Shown in pieces: positions 22,685-37,119 of a stretch of DNA of 64,000 nt. Below the pieces are notes generated by a model, which ran no database searches, had not been told where the DNA came from, and saw only the letters and a program-made list of their open reading frames with translations. The translations under genes and the position numbers were made by a program. How positions within the stretch are numbered: position 1 is the stretch's first letter; every line of letters begins with the position of its first letter. The stretch covers positions 70,928,001 to 70,992,000 of the forward strand of contig CM060731.1 of NCBI GenBank assembly GCA_030704615.1, in the 5' to 3' direction. The stretch comes from Takakia lepidozioides. Lineage: Eukaryota > Plantae > Bryophyta.

Positions 22685-24969
22685 GCCCCACGAACAGAGG
22701 GACACACTCGTTGCTCGCCCTTGTACCACCGGAAAGTTATCAACTCCCAACTGGTCTCATATTAGTGGTGTTTACTACAAACATTCATTTCTGACAGGGC
22801 TAGGCGGGTCTGTCTTGAATTGATAAAACGGTGAAGGTCATCGGTTGCATTCCATGCAATTATGAATGCAGGTAACACTCATTATTTTCAGCTAGAGGTT
22901 GACAATTGCAGTTCAGCAGTGGCAATTTGCCTTCTGATCCTATACCTTTGAGAATACGAATGACATGGCATAATCTGGCTGATGTGCTGATGGCTAGACC
23001 CAACAGTGATTGCGGGCTGTTCCAGAGTAGCGACCAGACAAATGTCTAAAATCTGCCATAATACATGTCATCATCATCTCATGATCCATGGATTTGAATT
23101 TTCCAAGCGCGGTTGTGGCTTCCTTGAAAAGTGGAAGACCGTGGGTTTTGTGGGCGGCGCTCCTCTCAGCTCCTCTCACTTCACGACATTACATTTGTTT
23201 TTCAACGTTGTGCCCTGTCTACAGTGCTCTCTTTGTAGTACTCTGTTTATACAGTAGTGGTGATGTAGGACGTACTTGCATCTTTCTCTACCATGTTGGA
23301 ATGTCAAGATGTTTTCAACACCAAATCTGTTGCATTCTTAGACAAAGCTAGGAATGAAGATGTGAAGAGTGAGCTCGAACTAGAGGCTGGGGATGTTGGT
23401 GGGACCGTTGCATTTGATGGAGTTCATGGATTTGATGTACTTCAATGTGATCTTATTGCTTACATGAGGGCTAAGATGCAGAACCCTCAAGATGGTATCT
23501 TCAGCAAGGTGGACCTACAGTGGACTCCACATGTGACTGTAGGACATGGACAATACAAAGACACTTGTACCGCCATCATACCATGGTCATGTGTCTGATT
23601 TCAATGAAGGGGAGCAGAACAATCATCAATTTCCTACTAGTTTCACCAAAGAGGTCATGAAGAGAAATGCTCCTGGATCCATCACCCATCCACGGGCAAA
23701 CAATAGCACTTTGCTTGTGAGGTGAGCTATCAAGTGCACTATCAAAATTGTTCTTGGAGCTCAAACTTTGTGTTTCAAACATGTATTGCATCTGATATAT
23801 ATTTGGAATTTGTGAATAGGTATCGTTGTTATTATGGCCTTGAAGACTATAGTCAAATGGTGGTTCATGATGTGAGAGCACTACTCATAGCTATCCAAAA
23901 GAAGCGAAAACAGAAAGTTCAGCTTAAAGGGAAGAAGAAATAAAAAAACCAAGTGAAAGCAGAGTGAATGCACCCAGATGTGGAGTTTGGCAAACACTCT
24001 TAAGAGGTACAGAATATGGAGGTTCGAATCTCATTTAAATCAAGGCATGCTCACTCCAATGAAAAATGAGGGAATTGTTGGAGACGATGTTGTCTATCCG
24101 ACTACAGGCTCATAGGCAACACCTCGGAGTATAGGACAAAGTTCTCTAGGTCCTGGTAATTTCTCAAAACTGTGTAACAAAATGAAGCCCATACATGAAG
24201 TTTTCGAACAAATACTACAAGTAGCATGTGAAAATGATGTACTACAGGACCATGTCTTGATAGACTTGAAAGCTCTTAGGGCAAACAACAAGACATGATA
24301 GCTAGAGGCATTAAAAATATAGAACACCAAAAAACACCAACATTTTTTCCAGTGGCAGAGGATGGTGACAAGCGATTGAAACGTCATAGAGGCATTCTTG
24401 AAGGGATTGCACCCAAGACCACCAATCGGCAGGAATGGGCTCGTAAGCGCATACTCATATAGGCTACACATATGTCCTTAGCAACGCCAGCTTCTGTATT
24501 GCATGCACATGGACGTAGATTGTTGGAGTTATGTTCACACCATAACATCTGTTTTTCGTTCTGCTTTGAAATTTGTATTTTCCTGGACATGCTTTAGTAT
24601 CAAGCAAAGTATTCTCAAGCACAAGTTCACTTCTTACATGTTATTGTATTACTTGTGTGTGTTCATATTGTATACATCTATCGTACTCATGGTGGTATGT
24701 TCAATTATGTGGAATATTTTACCTGTTCCTATGTTGTGATGGTGTTGCCAATAGATTCATGCTTCTTCTTTCTGTTAAGTACACATCTACTGGCATGGCA
24801 TAATAGGTTTACTTGGGGGCAGAACATAAATACACATTCATAATACCCTATGTGTTGGGAATTCAAAGAGTCGGGCCCGAGTCGGGCTTTCAATAAGCAC
24901 TACTATGTACACATTTTGATTTTGTCACGGTCTCTAGGGCTCTCGTTATATTGCTCTACAATTTTGTGC

Positions 24970-25408
24970 TATTGGATATGTCCACTTCAGCATTTAGTGG
25001 AAGGCCAAGTCAGCACATTGTGAAGACTTAACACGTAAATGTACACTGAGGGATCGGGGGTTACTGCAGGGTTAGCTAGTGCACGTAGCATATAATCTGC
25101 ATGGCAGCCTCTCCTGGGCGGGAGAGTAGAGTCAAGGTTTAGACAATCCTGCAGGACTGTTCTCTTCTTGTTCTTGAGAGTGAGGAGTGCGTCCTGTGTG
25201 AAGGACTGAGATTTGCCTGAGCTAGGGATTAGCAAGAGGCTAAGTAAGTGTATGCTCTAGTACCAAGCCTTTGGTACACAGCATGTAAGTGACTAATTGT
25301 TTAATATATTCTGATTGCCCGTCAAGCAAGTGTGTGTGTGGAGTCAGCTTGTAAGAGTTGTGATATGTTAGTACCCTAGGTACTGTAGCTGTATTGGTAC
25401 TTCCAATA
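24970..25408 (+). repeat. 5' LTR of Ty1/Copia element (TATTGG...CCAATA)
   Basis: Near-identical copy at 44813-45247; followed by PBS GGTTATGGGCTC at 25409. Confidence 0.92.
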
Positions 25409-28400
25409 GGTTATGGGCTCTTGTGCTATCCTGTAAGCTGCGCCTCCGTGTGTGTCGGAGTATATTGGTTTTCTTGCCGGACTTTTAGTATTAGCCCAGT
25501 ACATAGTAGTCTGTTTCTCTACATTCTTTGTTTTCCCTCTTTTTTAGTATATCTCGTGTGTGTCAGTTCTTGGTATCTGCCATGGCAGAGACTAGCCATG
25601 AGCATCTAGGTTACATATCTAGGTTCAAGGGGTCCAACTTTCACCTCTGGAAGTTTCAGATGAGAGCCATACTTCTTGGAAAAGACTTGATGGAAGTAGT
25701 AGATGGGACAGAGGCAAAACCTGCTGAAACAGCAACCGGAGAGGAGAAAGTAGCTTGGAAGAAGAGGGATAATGCTGCCTACAGTCTTTTGACACAGGCG
25801 CTTGATGAGGTGGTCTTGCCATACATTATGAGTTGTGTGACATCAAAGCAAGTCTGGGATACGCTCAAATTGTATCACGAACAGAATGCTTCCGAGAATG
25901 CTCACACGCTCCAACAAGACTTCTATAAGTGCGTGATGGTCGATGAGGAGACTGTTGCGAGTTTTCTTGGCCGCTTACAGCTCATAGTCCAGCAGTTAAC
26001 AAGTCGTGGAGATACGACGTTCAATGAGCAAGAGGTGATATCCAAGATCCTATGCAATCTTCCTGGAGGGTTCGATACTCTCATACCTGCATGGAGAATG
26101 CAGGCGGCAAAGAGCAAGACTCTTGCAAACTTAACTCTGCAGCTTCTTCAGACAGAAGGGATGCTCAAGAGTCGTGCGGATGCGAGCGTAGCAACAGCAG
26201 CGGCTTATTTGGCATCATCTACAAGAGGCAAGAAGCCATCGGACTATACCCTTGAAGAACGTGCGGCAAGACGCAAGGAGATTGATTCAGGTAGCAAGAA
26301 CAAGCCATTGGGGTTCAAGGCCTATATGGCAAGTGACTCAAGTTTTAGCTCCAGTAGAGTGCGTGAGTCCACTTTTTGGTATGTCGACAGTGGGTGTACT
26401 GAACATATGACGGACAATCGATCTTTCTTCTCGACTTACAAAGACATCTCGATGGAGAATCGCCCAGTAGAAGGTATCGGTGGGGTGATGCTCCAAGCTG
26501 TTGGAGTCGGGGACATTATAATCAAGATCAAGCATGCTGACGGGTTTACCTATGGAGTGCTAAAAGGTGTAGTGCATGTTCCAAATCTTGGCCGGAATTT
26601 ATTTTCGTCATATGTTGCAGCACAGCAAAAGCATTATACTCTACACATGGACATTGAATGTCATTTGCTGGAGGAAGGGAAGGTTGTGATGACTGGAGTA
26701 GTTCACAACAGGATGTGTTGAATGCAGTTTGAAGCTATCCCACCTGAGGACACCCTCTCTGCGATGTCCGCCAGCACAGTTGGTGCACCGACAGTCGCAC
26801 AATGCAAGCAGTCGCTTGAACTTTGGCATCAGAGGTTCTCACACACCAACCATGCGACAATACAGATGATGGCATCGCAGGAACTGGTTGAAGGATTGTT
26901 GTTCACCAGTAAAAATCATCAGTTCTGCCCGGGATGTGCGTTTGGAAAACAACATCGAAACCCATTCCCAACCACTGAGCCCAGGCAATGGTCACAATTT
27001 CCAGGTGATCTTGTACACACAAATTTTTGTGGTCCTTTAAATGTAACATCAGTGGGAGGGGCTCTGTATATTTGTTTGTTCAAGGATGACTCATCCGGGT
27101 TCAGAGTAATTGAGTGTCTGAAGACTAAGCCAGAAACTCTTGCTGCATTCAAGCGGTTTGTGGCTCAGCTCAAACGTGAGACAGGCAACTCAGTGAAGAT
27201 CCTCAGAAGTGATCGTGGTACAGAGTACACAAATGGAGCCTTCATGAGATACTTGGATGAACAGCAAATCAAGCAAGATCTCACCATCGCGTTCACGCCA
27301 GAACAGAATGGCTCCTCGGATCGGGAGAATAGAACGATTATTGAGGCTGTAAGAACCATGTTACATGCGGCACATGTACACATTAGGTTTTGGGCCGAAG
27401 CAGCTCACACAGCAGTATACACGTTGAATCGAACAGTGTCAAGAACGACATCTGGGAAAACACCGTATGAGGAATGGTATAAGCTCAAACCGTTAGTAGC
27501 ACATCTCAGAGCATTTGGCTCGGATGCATATGTGCACATCCCTAAAGCGCTCAGAAAGAAACTCTCGGCAAAGAGTAGAAAGGGTGTTTTCATGGGCTAC
27601 TCCGCCACAAGTAAAGGATATCGAGTGTGGATCAATGAACTGCGTCGTATTGAAGAAAGCAGGGATGTTCTCTTTGATGAGAACTTCAGTGAAGCCGATC
27701 TCAGCGGGAACCAATCTGATCCCATGCCATGGCTTCGAGTTGAGGGCGACCCAGTACCAGTTTTCGCACCAATTATTCCACCAGCACCACTGGCAGCACC
27801 CATACCGCACCAAGACGTTGTTAGTAGCCCACTTGTAATCAGCTTCCCCAATAGTGGCTCTAGGGATCCCGCAGACATGGACACCAATGATCCAGAAGAC
27901 GATCAGTTCATAGATCAGCGTCTGGATGACGAGATGCGGGATGTTGAAGCATTAGCAGCAGCTTCGAGTGGACATGACCTGTGGGAGAACATGGGGGCCC
28001 AAGACGAACTCATGGCAGAGGTCCAACAAGTTAACGCGGATCAGCAGGAACCAGCCCTTGGAGCCAGACAACGGAATCCACCTGAAAACGAGACGTGGGC
28101 CATCGAAGATCTACCAGCAGGCCGGAAAACAATCAAATGCAAATGGGTGTTTAAGTTAAAGCTCTGATGGATCAGTACACCGTTACAAGGCACGGCTTTG
28201 TGCAAAAGGCTTCACCCAACGAGCGGGAGTGGACTATAAAGAAACGTTTAGCCCGGTTGTCAAGATGGACTCTATCCGCACAATCTTATCCATAGTGGCT
28301 GCAAAGGATTTGAACATCCAACAATTTGACGTCCGCACAGCGTTTTTGTATGGTGAACTTGATGAAACAATCTACATAGAACAGCCCGTCGGGTTTGGAG

Positions 28401-28843
28401 ATTTCTCGGTACCAGGGCGAGTTTGCATACTCAAGAAGGCCCTTTACGGACTGAAGCAGTCCCCGCGTGTCTGGAACAAAAAGTTCGACAGTTTTCTCCA
28501 GGAATATGATCTGGTCGTATCAGAGGCCGATTGTTGTGTATATGTGAATAAGCAAAATCCAAAACTCATTATTTGCATATGGGTGGACGATGGCATCGTG
28601 GTGAGTACACTATATGACTGCATTACTGGCATCATGAATTATATGAAGGGCGCATTCCACGTCACACATGGATTGGCAGAAGTCTACGTGGGGCTCCATA
28701 TCACAAGGGATCGAGACCGCCGTCTGATTCACATTGACCAGCGGCGATATCTGGAGCAAGTCCTTTAGCGTTTTGGCCAGGAGCACTCTAATCCAGTAGC
28801 TGTCCCAGCAGACCCTCACGGCGCAGGGCACACTACAGCAAAT

Positions 28844-28898
<55 letters not shown>

Positions 28899-29416
28899 GC
28901 GATGCCAGCCGCGCCCCCACGCCCCGCGCGGTGCCGAGCGTGCGACGCCAACCCCGCGGAGCGTGTTTGCGACGCCGGGCCGTCGCAGCCAAACCCCGCG
29001 GGCCGCCACCTGGTGCCGGGGCCAGGCGGCGACACCTGCGTCGCACGGAGTGATGAAGGGCAAATGGCAGCCCTTTCGTGTGACGCCCAAACGTCGCCCC
29101 CAGCGAAGGGCAGAAGGCAGCCCTTTCGGGCGACGGCCGCTCGTCGCACGCCGGAAAAAAAAATACCCTTCTTTCATCGCAGCCCTTGGCATGAAGGGCA
29201 AAAGGCCCCTGCGTCGGCCGGGCGTCACAAACTGCCCGGCTGCCCTATTCTTGCAAGAAAAAAAAAAAAAACGGGTCACAGTGTGCGACGGCTGGCCGTC
29301 GCCGTGTGCGACCCCCGGCCTCATAAATCCATTCAAAAAAACAGGTCGCATATGGCGACGGTTGGCCGTCGCCGTTTGTGACCCCCGGCCTAAAAACCGC
29401 AGGTGGCGACGCGTAC

Positions 29417-32400
29417 CTCCTCCAATTCCTGCTGTGCAGGCAACCCTCGCACAAGTCACACCAAGTGACTTCCATGCTGCATTGCAAAAGATGGATACTG
29501 AGGCCGTGGAAAATTCAGGTGATGAAAACCCCGTGTTATTACTTGAAACCTTGGCTTTGGAAAATTGGGTTGCACTTGGCATCATGGCAAATAAGAATGG
29601 CAGGTACCTGGAGAAGCTCCAGGAATTAAATACTAAAATGATTGAGGTACTGGAAGATGATGCCGAGGAGCTGATACAATGGGAAAAGAAGGGATCAGCC
29701 ATTGAGGCAGCTCTTAGAATGGCGAACCCAGAAGATGACCAGACTGTCTCCACGCAGAAATCTACAAACACATCTGAAAAAGACTTCATCCCTTCTGTAA
29801 GTAATCACCCAATCCTTGGGCACATGATTTTACCGGATGAAGAAAAAGAGGCAGTGAGAGAATTCTGTGAACAAGTAGAAATCTCACAAGTGGAACAAGA
29901 AAGGGCAGCAGGTGCCACTCCTGGAATCTGCAATTTGTCCCTTGGTTGCCTCCCCGTGCAGTTGAATTAGAGGTTGCCAATAACGATCACATGATGTGGC
30001 ACCCACATGCTAATATCAATTTATTGGCACCCATTTCTATTGAAATGTGGGTCAAATGGGGCAACATAACTCCTGCTGAATGCAGTAGGTGTGCACAGGA
30101 TGCTAAGGAGGGTTTTCAGAGAATAAAAAAGGAACCTATTGCTGTGGCATGGCCACTAAGGACCTTCTACTACAAGCTCTGTGACAAAGGTGAGAACCTT
30201 ACCCTGAGGACCAAAAATGACTTGCCGACTGGTTCGGCCAGATCCAAAAATCACAAGAGTCAACTCTTCAACTGGCATGGTCCCTACATAAGATGTAACT
30301 GTGGACAAGGAGGGGCACCCTCTTCTTGCATTGGGAGTGTTGCTTGGTTTGACCATATGGTATGGTATATGCTGAACAATCTGATTGTGTTCTTCCCTGA
30401 TGATGCCTATCCTTCGGTGCAAACCAAGTATTACAACTTTCTGGTATGGATCATGCGGGCTGCCAGATCGGCCATTCTTGCACAAATTACCTTCCAGATG
30501 ACCCGGGGCTTCATAATGGAAGCAGCTTGTGAATTCTCAATTGACCCCCAAGCCAAGTTGCTTGGGAAGTTAGGAGAATCCAAGGGGGCAGATACATTGA
30601 GAAACTTGTGAAACCTGGGTTTTTTTCAGACAGCCTTCCCAGGCCACAATTCAACAGCTACAAACGGCAGCGTATGGAGGGGCAGACGCCTCCTCAACAA
30701 GGCAAGAACAATGCCACTCGAGGCAGAGGTACCCCTGGTCGTGGAAGAGGTCTCTACCAAAGAGGAGGACGCTCTGGCAGGGGGCAATACTCTACCAACA
30801 CCTCTGAGAATTCAAGAGCAACGAATCGGTCATCACTTGGGGGTTCGGGTGCTAATTCCAGTACCACCATCAACATCGCCAGCCAGGAGTCATACAAGAC
30901 TCGTCGTATCACTGACAAGTTCTCCCCAATACGCAAACGAGATTTTGGATCATGGACAGATCTTTAAAAATCTCATTTTTGGTATGTTCCTCTACTTTGC
31001 ATGTGCAGATGCGTTGTTTGGTCTTGAGGATGGTTGTAGACAAATTGAAACTCATGCCCATGGCAGGAAATTCATAAAACAGGCAGCAAAACCTGCTCCT
31101 TGGGATTCATTCATGTTATACCCAAACCGTGGTATGGAGTGGATAAACCCTAGGAACTTGATAAAAGAAGCTTTTTTGGAATTTGGACAAAATGACTTGG
31201 CTATTCTCATCGATGAGATAGTCTTTGGATGGACATATCATAAACAAAGCAGCTCTGAATACTATCAGCCTGCTGCTGTTTTCCGTGATTTTTGCTTTAT
31301 GCAAGACCTGATTCACTCACCAGATTGTCTATGTGACAGTGCCAAGAGGTTTCATGATTTTCGGGATGCGGATACAAAAACAGAATTCCATCTATCTGGT
31401 TCTACACCTACGCAACACGTACGTACCATGGACCTAAATATTATTAGACACGCAAGGCTGAAAGAACTATTCAGCCTAGGTATGAATCACATCCCTCTCA
31501 AACGTACTTTGCTGAAAGACGTTGTTGAACAAGTGTCTCTGGCTTTCCATAGAACCTGTGAAATTTTACATATAGACCCATGTGAATCTTGGGCAGCATC
31601 CTGCAGCCAATGGGTAAAAAACACATGCTGGGATAGATTGAAACAAAAAGCCGGCAGAGGAAGGTACGACTTCACTCACCATGAGCGCAATCCTCTTACT
31701 GTAAAAAGGCAAAAGATGAACTTTCATGGCTTCTCAATCACCTGTATTTTTCTGGTCTTGACAAGGCTAACAACAACGTATGTTTTTATGTGTGTGAAGC
31801 ACATAAGAACTCAAGCCTTCCACAGATTGATGGGTAAAGACTTACACCATGCAAGCAAGCTGAGGTTGGCTGCCACCTGACCTTGTTCTAGGAAACATTT
31901 CCGTGGAAATACAGAGTCTGATTCCGGAGATACCTGCTCCCTCTGTAGATTACCTTACATTATGGGAATCTACAAGCTACATAAGAAAAAATACAGATGG
32001 ATTACCAATGCCCATAAATGTGTTTTCAGTGAACTTGCTAGCCTTCTTACAAGGGCTACCATGGATCTTCTACCATTGGTAAAGAATGGGCCAAGACAAG
32101 GCTGGATACTTATGAGCAATTTTTCAAAGTATCTACTGCTATGTATTGGATTATTGATTCCATCACTGACTTTACACTAAACCTGCCTGAAAAAGTCCAT
32201 AACATCTTTGTTGCTGACATTACACAATGCTATGAGAACATACCTTTGACAGGACAGGATAACTTAGGGGACGCCATTGAATACGTGGTGAAGATTGCAT
32301 TCCAGCAACACCATCGGTCTCACCCCCGAGCACGTCATACTCTATGGATTCCAGCCAAAAATGGTACTTTCGGAAAAAGTAGATGGGGCACGTCTTCCCC

Positions 32401-33180
32401 AAAATCAGGTACCTGGATTGAACTTTCTGAAGTCAAACTACTTATGCTCCACAAATGGCTTATGTCACACTGTTTTGTCGCCTTAGGGGACCGTGTATGG
32501 CAGCAGATTTCTGGAATACCTATGGGTTTTTCATGCTCACCATTATGGTGCAACATGTACTTCTTTCTTATGAAATCAAATTCATCTTAAGGCTTGCAGC
32601 TTTAGGACAATTCCAGCTTATGCCTATGTTTAAATCTTCCTTCAGATACATTGATGATATATGCTGGCTAAATGTGGGTGATGCAATGCTATTCCTGGAC
32701 CCACGGGCAGACAGAAACAGCAACAACCCTTGGTGGATCTACCCACTCAATGTAGTGGAGATCAAACCTGAGCTACTACGCACTAAAAACGATTCCAATA
32801 CGTGGGGTTGGAAGCTTGTTTCATGAATATCCAGATTACAGTCTCAAACTGACACAGGTGAGTTCCATTTCCAGAAATATGACAAGAGAAGACTACTTCC
32901 TTTCTCTTACACTCAATATATCCAGTTCTTATCCAATAGGCCTGTGAATCAATCTTACAACATTGTGATTTCACAAGTTGTGCCTATTCTATACATTTCC
33001 AGCAATGCTGATTTGGCTGGGAAGGAGTGTAGCATTCTGATTAACACTCTTGGGAGGAATGGTTTCAAGACCAGAAAACTTGCTCGTATCTTGACAAAAT
33101 TCCTTGAACGTGGTTCATTCCCTGGCCTGCTCTTCCTGTACAAGAGCTTATTGAGAAACTGAAAGGTACTTTCTAAAAAC
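29417..33180 (+). mobile_element. Penelope-like retroelement (Naiad/Chlamys-like RT): 5'-truncated upstream ORF with RGG-rich tail plus RT ORF, frameshifted
   Basis: CxC linker SPDCLCD (31326-31334), HVRTMDLNII, GMNHIP, DKANNN, IYKLHKKKYRWIT, FVADITQCYENIP, QISGIPMGFSCSPLWCNMY, FRYIDD (32647), IYP, YDKR, SNRP..YNIVISQ. Confidence 0.85.
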
Positions 33181-35034
33181 CTATACAGAGCTAAGTTATA
33201 CCATTGAACTCTACGTTCTTTTCTAAGTGATACTATACTAGTGTTGCTATGATACATTTTATGCCATCATTTCATTCTTGATCCGAGGAAGTGAGGATGT
33301 AGGATTCTACTCCTTTGGATAAATATTATCTGAGGATAGAACTACATGGAAGAGGGAAAACCTTATGAGAAGAGGTCTGGTATGCACTCCCTTACGGGGT
33401 GAGTGCATACCACACTTACTCCGTAAGGTTCTGCCATGCCAGGGGATTGGCTGGTGGGTCCCTCTCTCTCCCTCTCTCCCTCTCCCTCTATAAATCTTTG
33501 GATTTCATCTGGCCTTAACCTTTTGAGGTTATTTAGTTTTCATCCCTGCCTTTTTCATCCAAATCTGGATGATTTTATTTTATTATTGGATGATGAAACT
33601 TAATATACAGAAAGCTAGAGTTACCATCTATTTTTTTCATCTAAACTGGATGATCTACATAAATAATGGTTACCTATTATAAAATCCAAGAGAATAATAA
33701 AACTACCATCATAAATGATGGCAGTTATTAAACCTAAACCTATACCATAACCCTAAAAGATACATTTCTATGGGATGTCATCCAGTGACAAAATGCCTAT
33801 CTTGGTAAAATGTGATATTTCATCCATCCTGGATGAAAAATCGGGAAGTTTTGCCTAAGCAGGCCGACACACTTCAAGCACTGAACTCGTGCTTCAGTGA
33901 ACCTTGATGATGCGCCGTATAAACCTGCTCCCCTGCTGCTACATGGTACTCGTGATTGCTGGCTCTTGGGATGCGCAGTGGTGGTTAAACAGATTCTTCT
34001 ATGGCAGACGACAAAGCCGTGATTGCTCTGATCAGGAACTCATGGTTCTTTATTTTGCAGCGGCGCTTTTACTCCTTGTTGGGAAGTACTCTATCCCTAT
34101 TTATCTACAGATTACTTGTTGCTCTCTCTTCGTGTATGAGCCACTCTCTAGCTGTGAACGCTTCTACTCTGATTGCGTTCTATTGGAGACAATCTGTTGG
34201 ACGCCATGGCGCAGGGCATACCACAAACACTCAAGGTTTTTTGAGTTTACCATTGCTTGAATTGTGATCTGTACTTGCTTTAGAATTCAACACTGACATG
34301 GATAGCAACTGTGAAGACCTGCCACTTACCTGCTGCATCCTCACTAACACACATCGCTATGTGGTGGTTTTTGGGACGGGCACAGGTGAGGGTCTTCACT
34401 TGTCTTGATTTCTTGAAGCTTGCAGTTCCTGTTCTTGCAAGTGTGGATACTGCTGCTGCCTAAGCTGCTGATGCCATCTGCTGTTTCAAACTGCCACCAT
34501 GCCGCTTCAGACCTGCTCCAAGATTGCTCCAATGAGGATATGCTTCTCTCCTTACCCTGTTTATGGTTTTTTACAACCACATTTGCATGTGTAGGAGTTT
34601 AGCTATGAAGGATACAAGGATACAAAATAGCAGTTATTACTTTGACTGCCTTGATACTTGGCTCTGAAATGAGAACTCTTGGTATGACTCTGATGGATCA
34701 AAAGGATAGGCTTTGATAGATAACACACATTCTTCAAGGCCCTCATATCATTTTGGTTTCATGGCTTGATAACAAACTGGGGTTTCTGAGCTGCTCTTTC
34801 ACCTTGGCAGAACTACTTTATGTGGCCTTAAAATACCATTCTAGGCCTATACCTGCTTAAGGGGGCTCTACACTGTTGTTTCTTCTTCCTTTTTAAGAAT
34901 CTTGCTTATATCTTGGTTCTAAAACATCATCTTCAAAAACAAACCTGCAATCTGGTTTTTGAAATGAGTTTAAAATGGATTCTTGAGATGATGATGTGTA
35001 CTATGGTGCTTTCATGATATGAATGACCTGGAAT

Positions 35035-35455
35035 CCCACCCTCCCGCCCTATTTTTCAGAGACCCTGAAATGTAATTGGGTATTCAAATGAGATTGTAAA
35101 CATGAAAGAGAATGTTAGATGGTGCCCTGTAAAGGGCTGTTTTGTCTTTCAATGACAATGACCTTAGCGGTCTTGTCCATGTCTTGACATGACATGTATA
35201 TCTTCCCTCTCTTTCGTGCTGCTCACAAAAAAAAAAAAACCACAGAGGGAAAGAGGGGGTAGAAAAAGTTAATAAGAGAGAGGGAAGATATTCACGTCAT
35301 GTCAAGACATGGACAAGACCCATAAGGGTCATTGTCAATTAAAGACATTAAACAGCCCTGGATAGGGCACTATCTCACATTTCCAGTCTTGTCAAATCAT
35401 CCCAAAAAGACACCACCCAATTATCCAAGACAAAACAGGGTGGGAGGGCGGGGTC
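35035..35455. repeat. Imperfect inverted repeat (tail-to-tail modules) around an A-tract; third copy at ~38845-38965
   Basis: GGTCTTGTCCATGTCTTGACATGAC..TATCTTCCCTCTCT at ~35169-35212 and its reverse complement at ~35277-35320. Confidence 0.85.
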
Positions 35456-37119
35456 TGTTCTTGTGTGGGACAAGATAAGATATCGCCGTCACTGTGCATG
35501 CTGCAAGGCCTACCTGTACATATACCAGCAGCTTACCAATTCAGCCATGAATTATGGCATGTCATGCATCAGCCAAGGCAAAAGGACCAGCCTGCATTTT
35601 GTCAGTATCTCAGTATCCACACCAAGCAGTCCAACTTGATCCAGATGAAGTAGATTCCATATCATTTGTATTCACCCCGAGACATGTGATCATACAAGGT
35701 ATCAAGGGAATGTGAATGCAGCCTGTCAGATTGCAGGTTCAAGATTTGTACCAACAAACAGCATGAACAGCCGAGATCCAGCCTCTTTTGTATAAAAAAC
35801 AGATGGCAGGTCATAGGCCTGATGTCATGACAGATCCAAAACAGTAGGTAGGATTCCATTGCAGCTTACCATCCTCATCCTTCAGGAGTTCCATGCTAAA
35901 GACATGCAAAAAACACCTTACTACGATCCAGTACACATCAGAAATGGGCCTGATAAGGAGCAGGGCAGTACCCTACCAGGCTGCCGCCTAAAACTTCAAG
36001 GCCATCAGATCCATAGTTACCCAAAACCGCCAAAAACATACCACCAAAAACCAGATCCTCTTTGGCCAAAATAACTTACAACCTAGCCTAGTAATCCACA
36101 GGCTGTGCTGTCAAAGATTAAAATGTAGGTTTGTATGCAAGCCTTAGGAGACAAGCCCGTTAGGCCGAGCTGTGCATCGGCGGCAGAACGACAAAGGCCA
36201 GAGTGCAGGCTGGAGCATATCAAGTCAAGGGCAGCTGGGTTGAAGTCGGGGCTGCAGCCAGCAACCACCTCATAGCGCGCACAACCCTAAAGTGGAGGGT
36301 GTTGAATGCAGTTGGCCTTGCTTCGTGCAGGCATAATCTAGGGAAATGTGGACATAGCTGCCCATATCCCAATCTGCATGCTCAAGAACCTTCAAAGTAG
36401 GTGAGGATCCTCACCTGGTCCCATCACAAGCCCCCACAAAAACCAACAGGTTAGTGAGGATTGTGGAACCCCAGGTGAATCACAGACCCTCACACTTGTC
36501 ATCGATGTCAACTAAGAAACTCAAAAGCAAGAGAAAGAGATAAGAACATGAGAATCCCTAAAATATAAAGGCACCTTAAGCGATTGGGGGAAGAGGGTTA
36601 TGCGCCATCACCACCCGCAGCAAGCCGCTTCCACAAAGCACATAAGCAATGAAGCACAGCAGGCACAAACGCAAGGCACTAGAAAAGAGGGAGAGAACTT
36701 CCCATCATAAGCATCCTTGCTAAGCATAGAAAAAGCCAGAGGAGGGAAGATGCCACTGCTTTCATAGCGGTATTTCCCGCTGCAAGAGAGACAAGGCGCC
36801 GCCTTCGCGCCCCCCCCAGGCGCTCGTCCAGCATGGGTACGACACCACAAACGGGGCAGCAGCCACCGAAGCACGCACGCCATAACATTCTCCTCGCGAG
36901 TTCAGAAGCACATCGCGTGCTTCTGAAGCGAGAGAGACGACGACGACATAGGGTTCCCCAGATTTTTCATCCGCGGATGAAAATGGTAGGACGATTCCAT
37001 AAACCCTGACGGATTTCATCCGTAGCAAGGTAAAAAATAGGTTTTGGGGTAGGGGTTAGGGTTTCCACCGTAATTAATCATAATTAGGGATAGTAAAGAT
37101 CAATCCCAGGTCATAATCT

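Noticed and set aside
23290-24480. Decayed coding-like sequence, possibly an old DNA transposase
   Set aside because: Too many stops and no motif I can assign with confidence.
28610-29412. Poly-Gly/poly-Pro and Arg-rich ORFs
   Set aside because: Translations of the G tract and CG-rich CACTA subterminal repeats.
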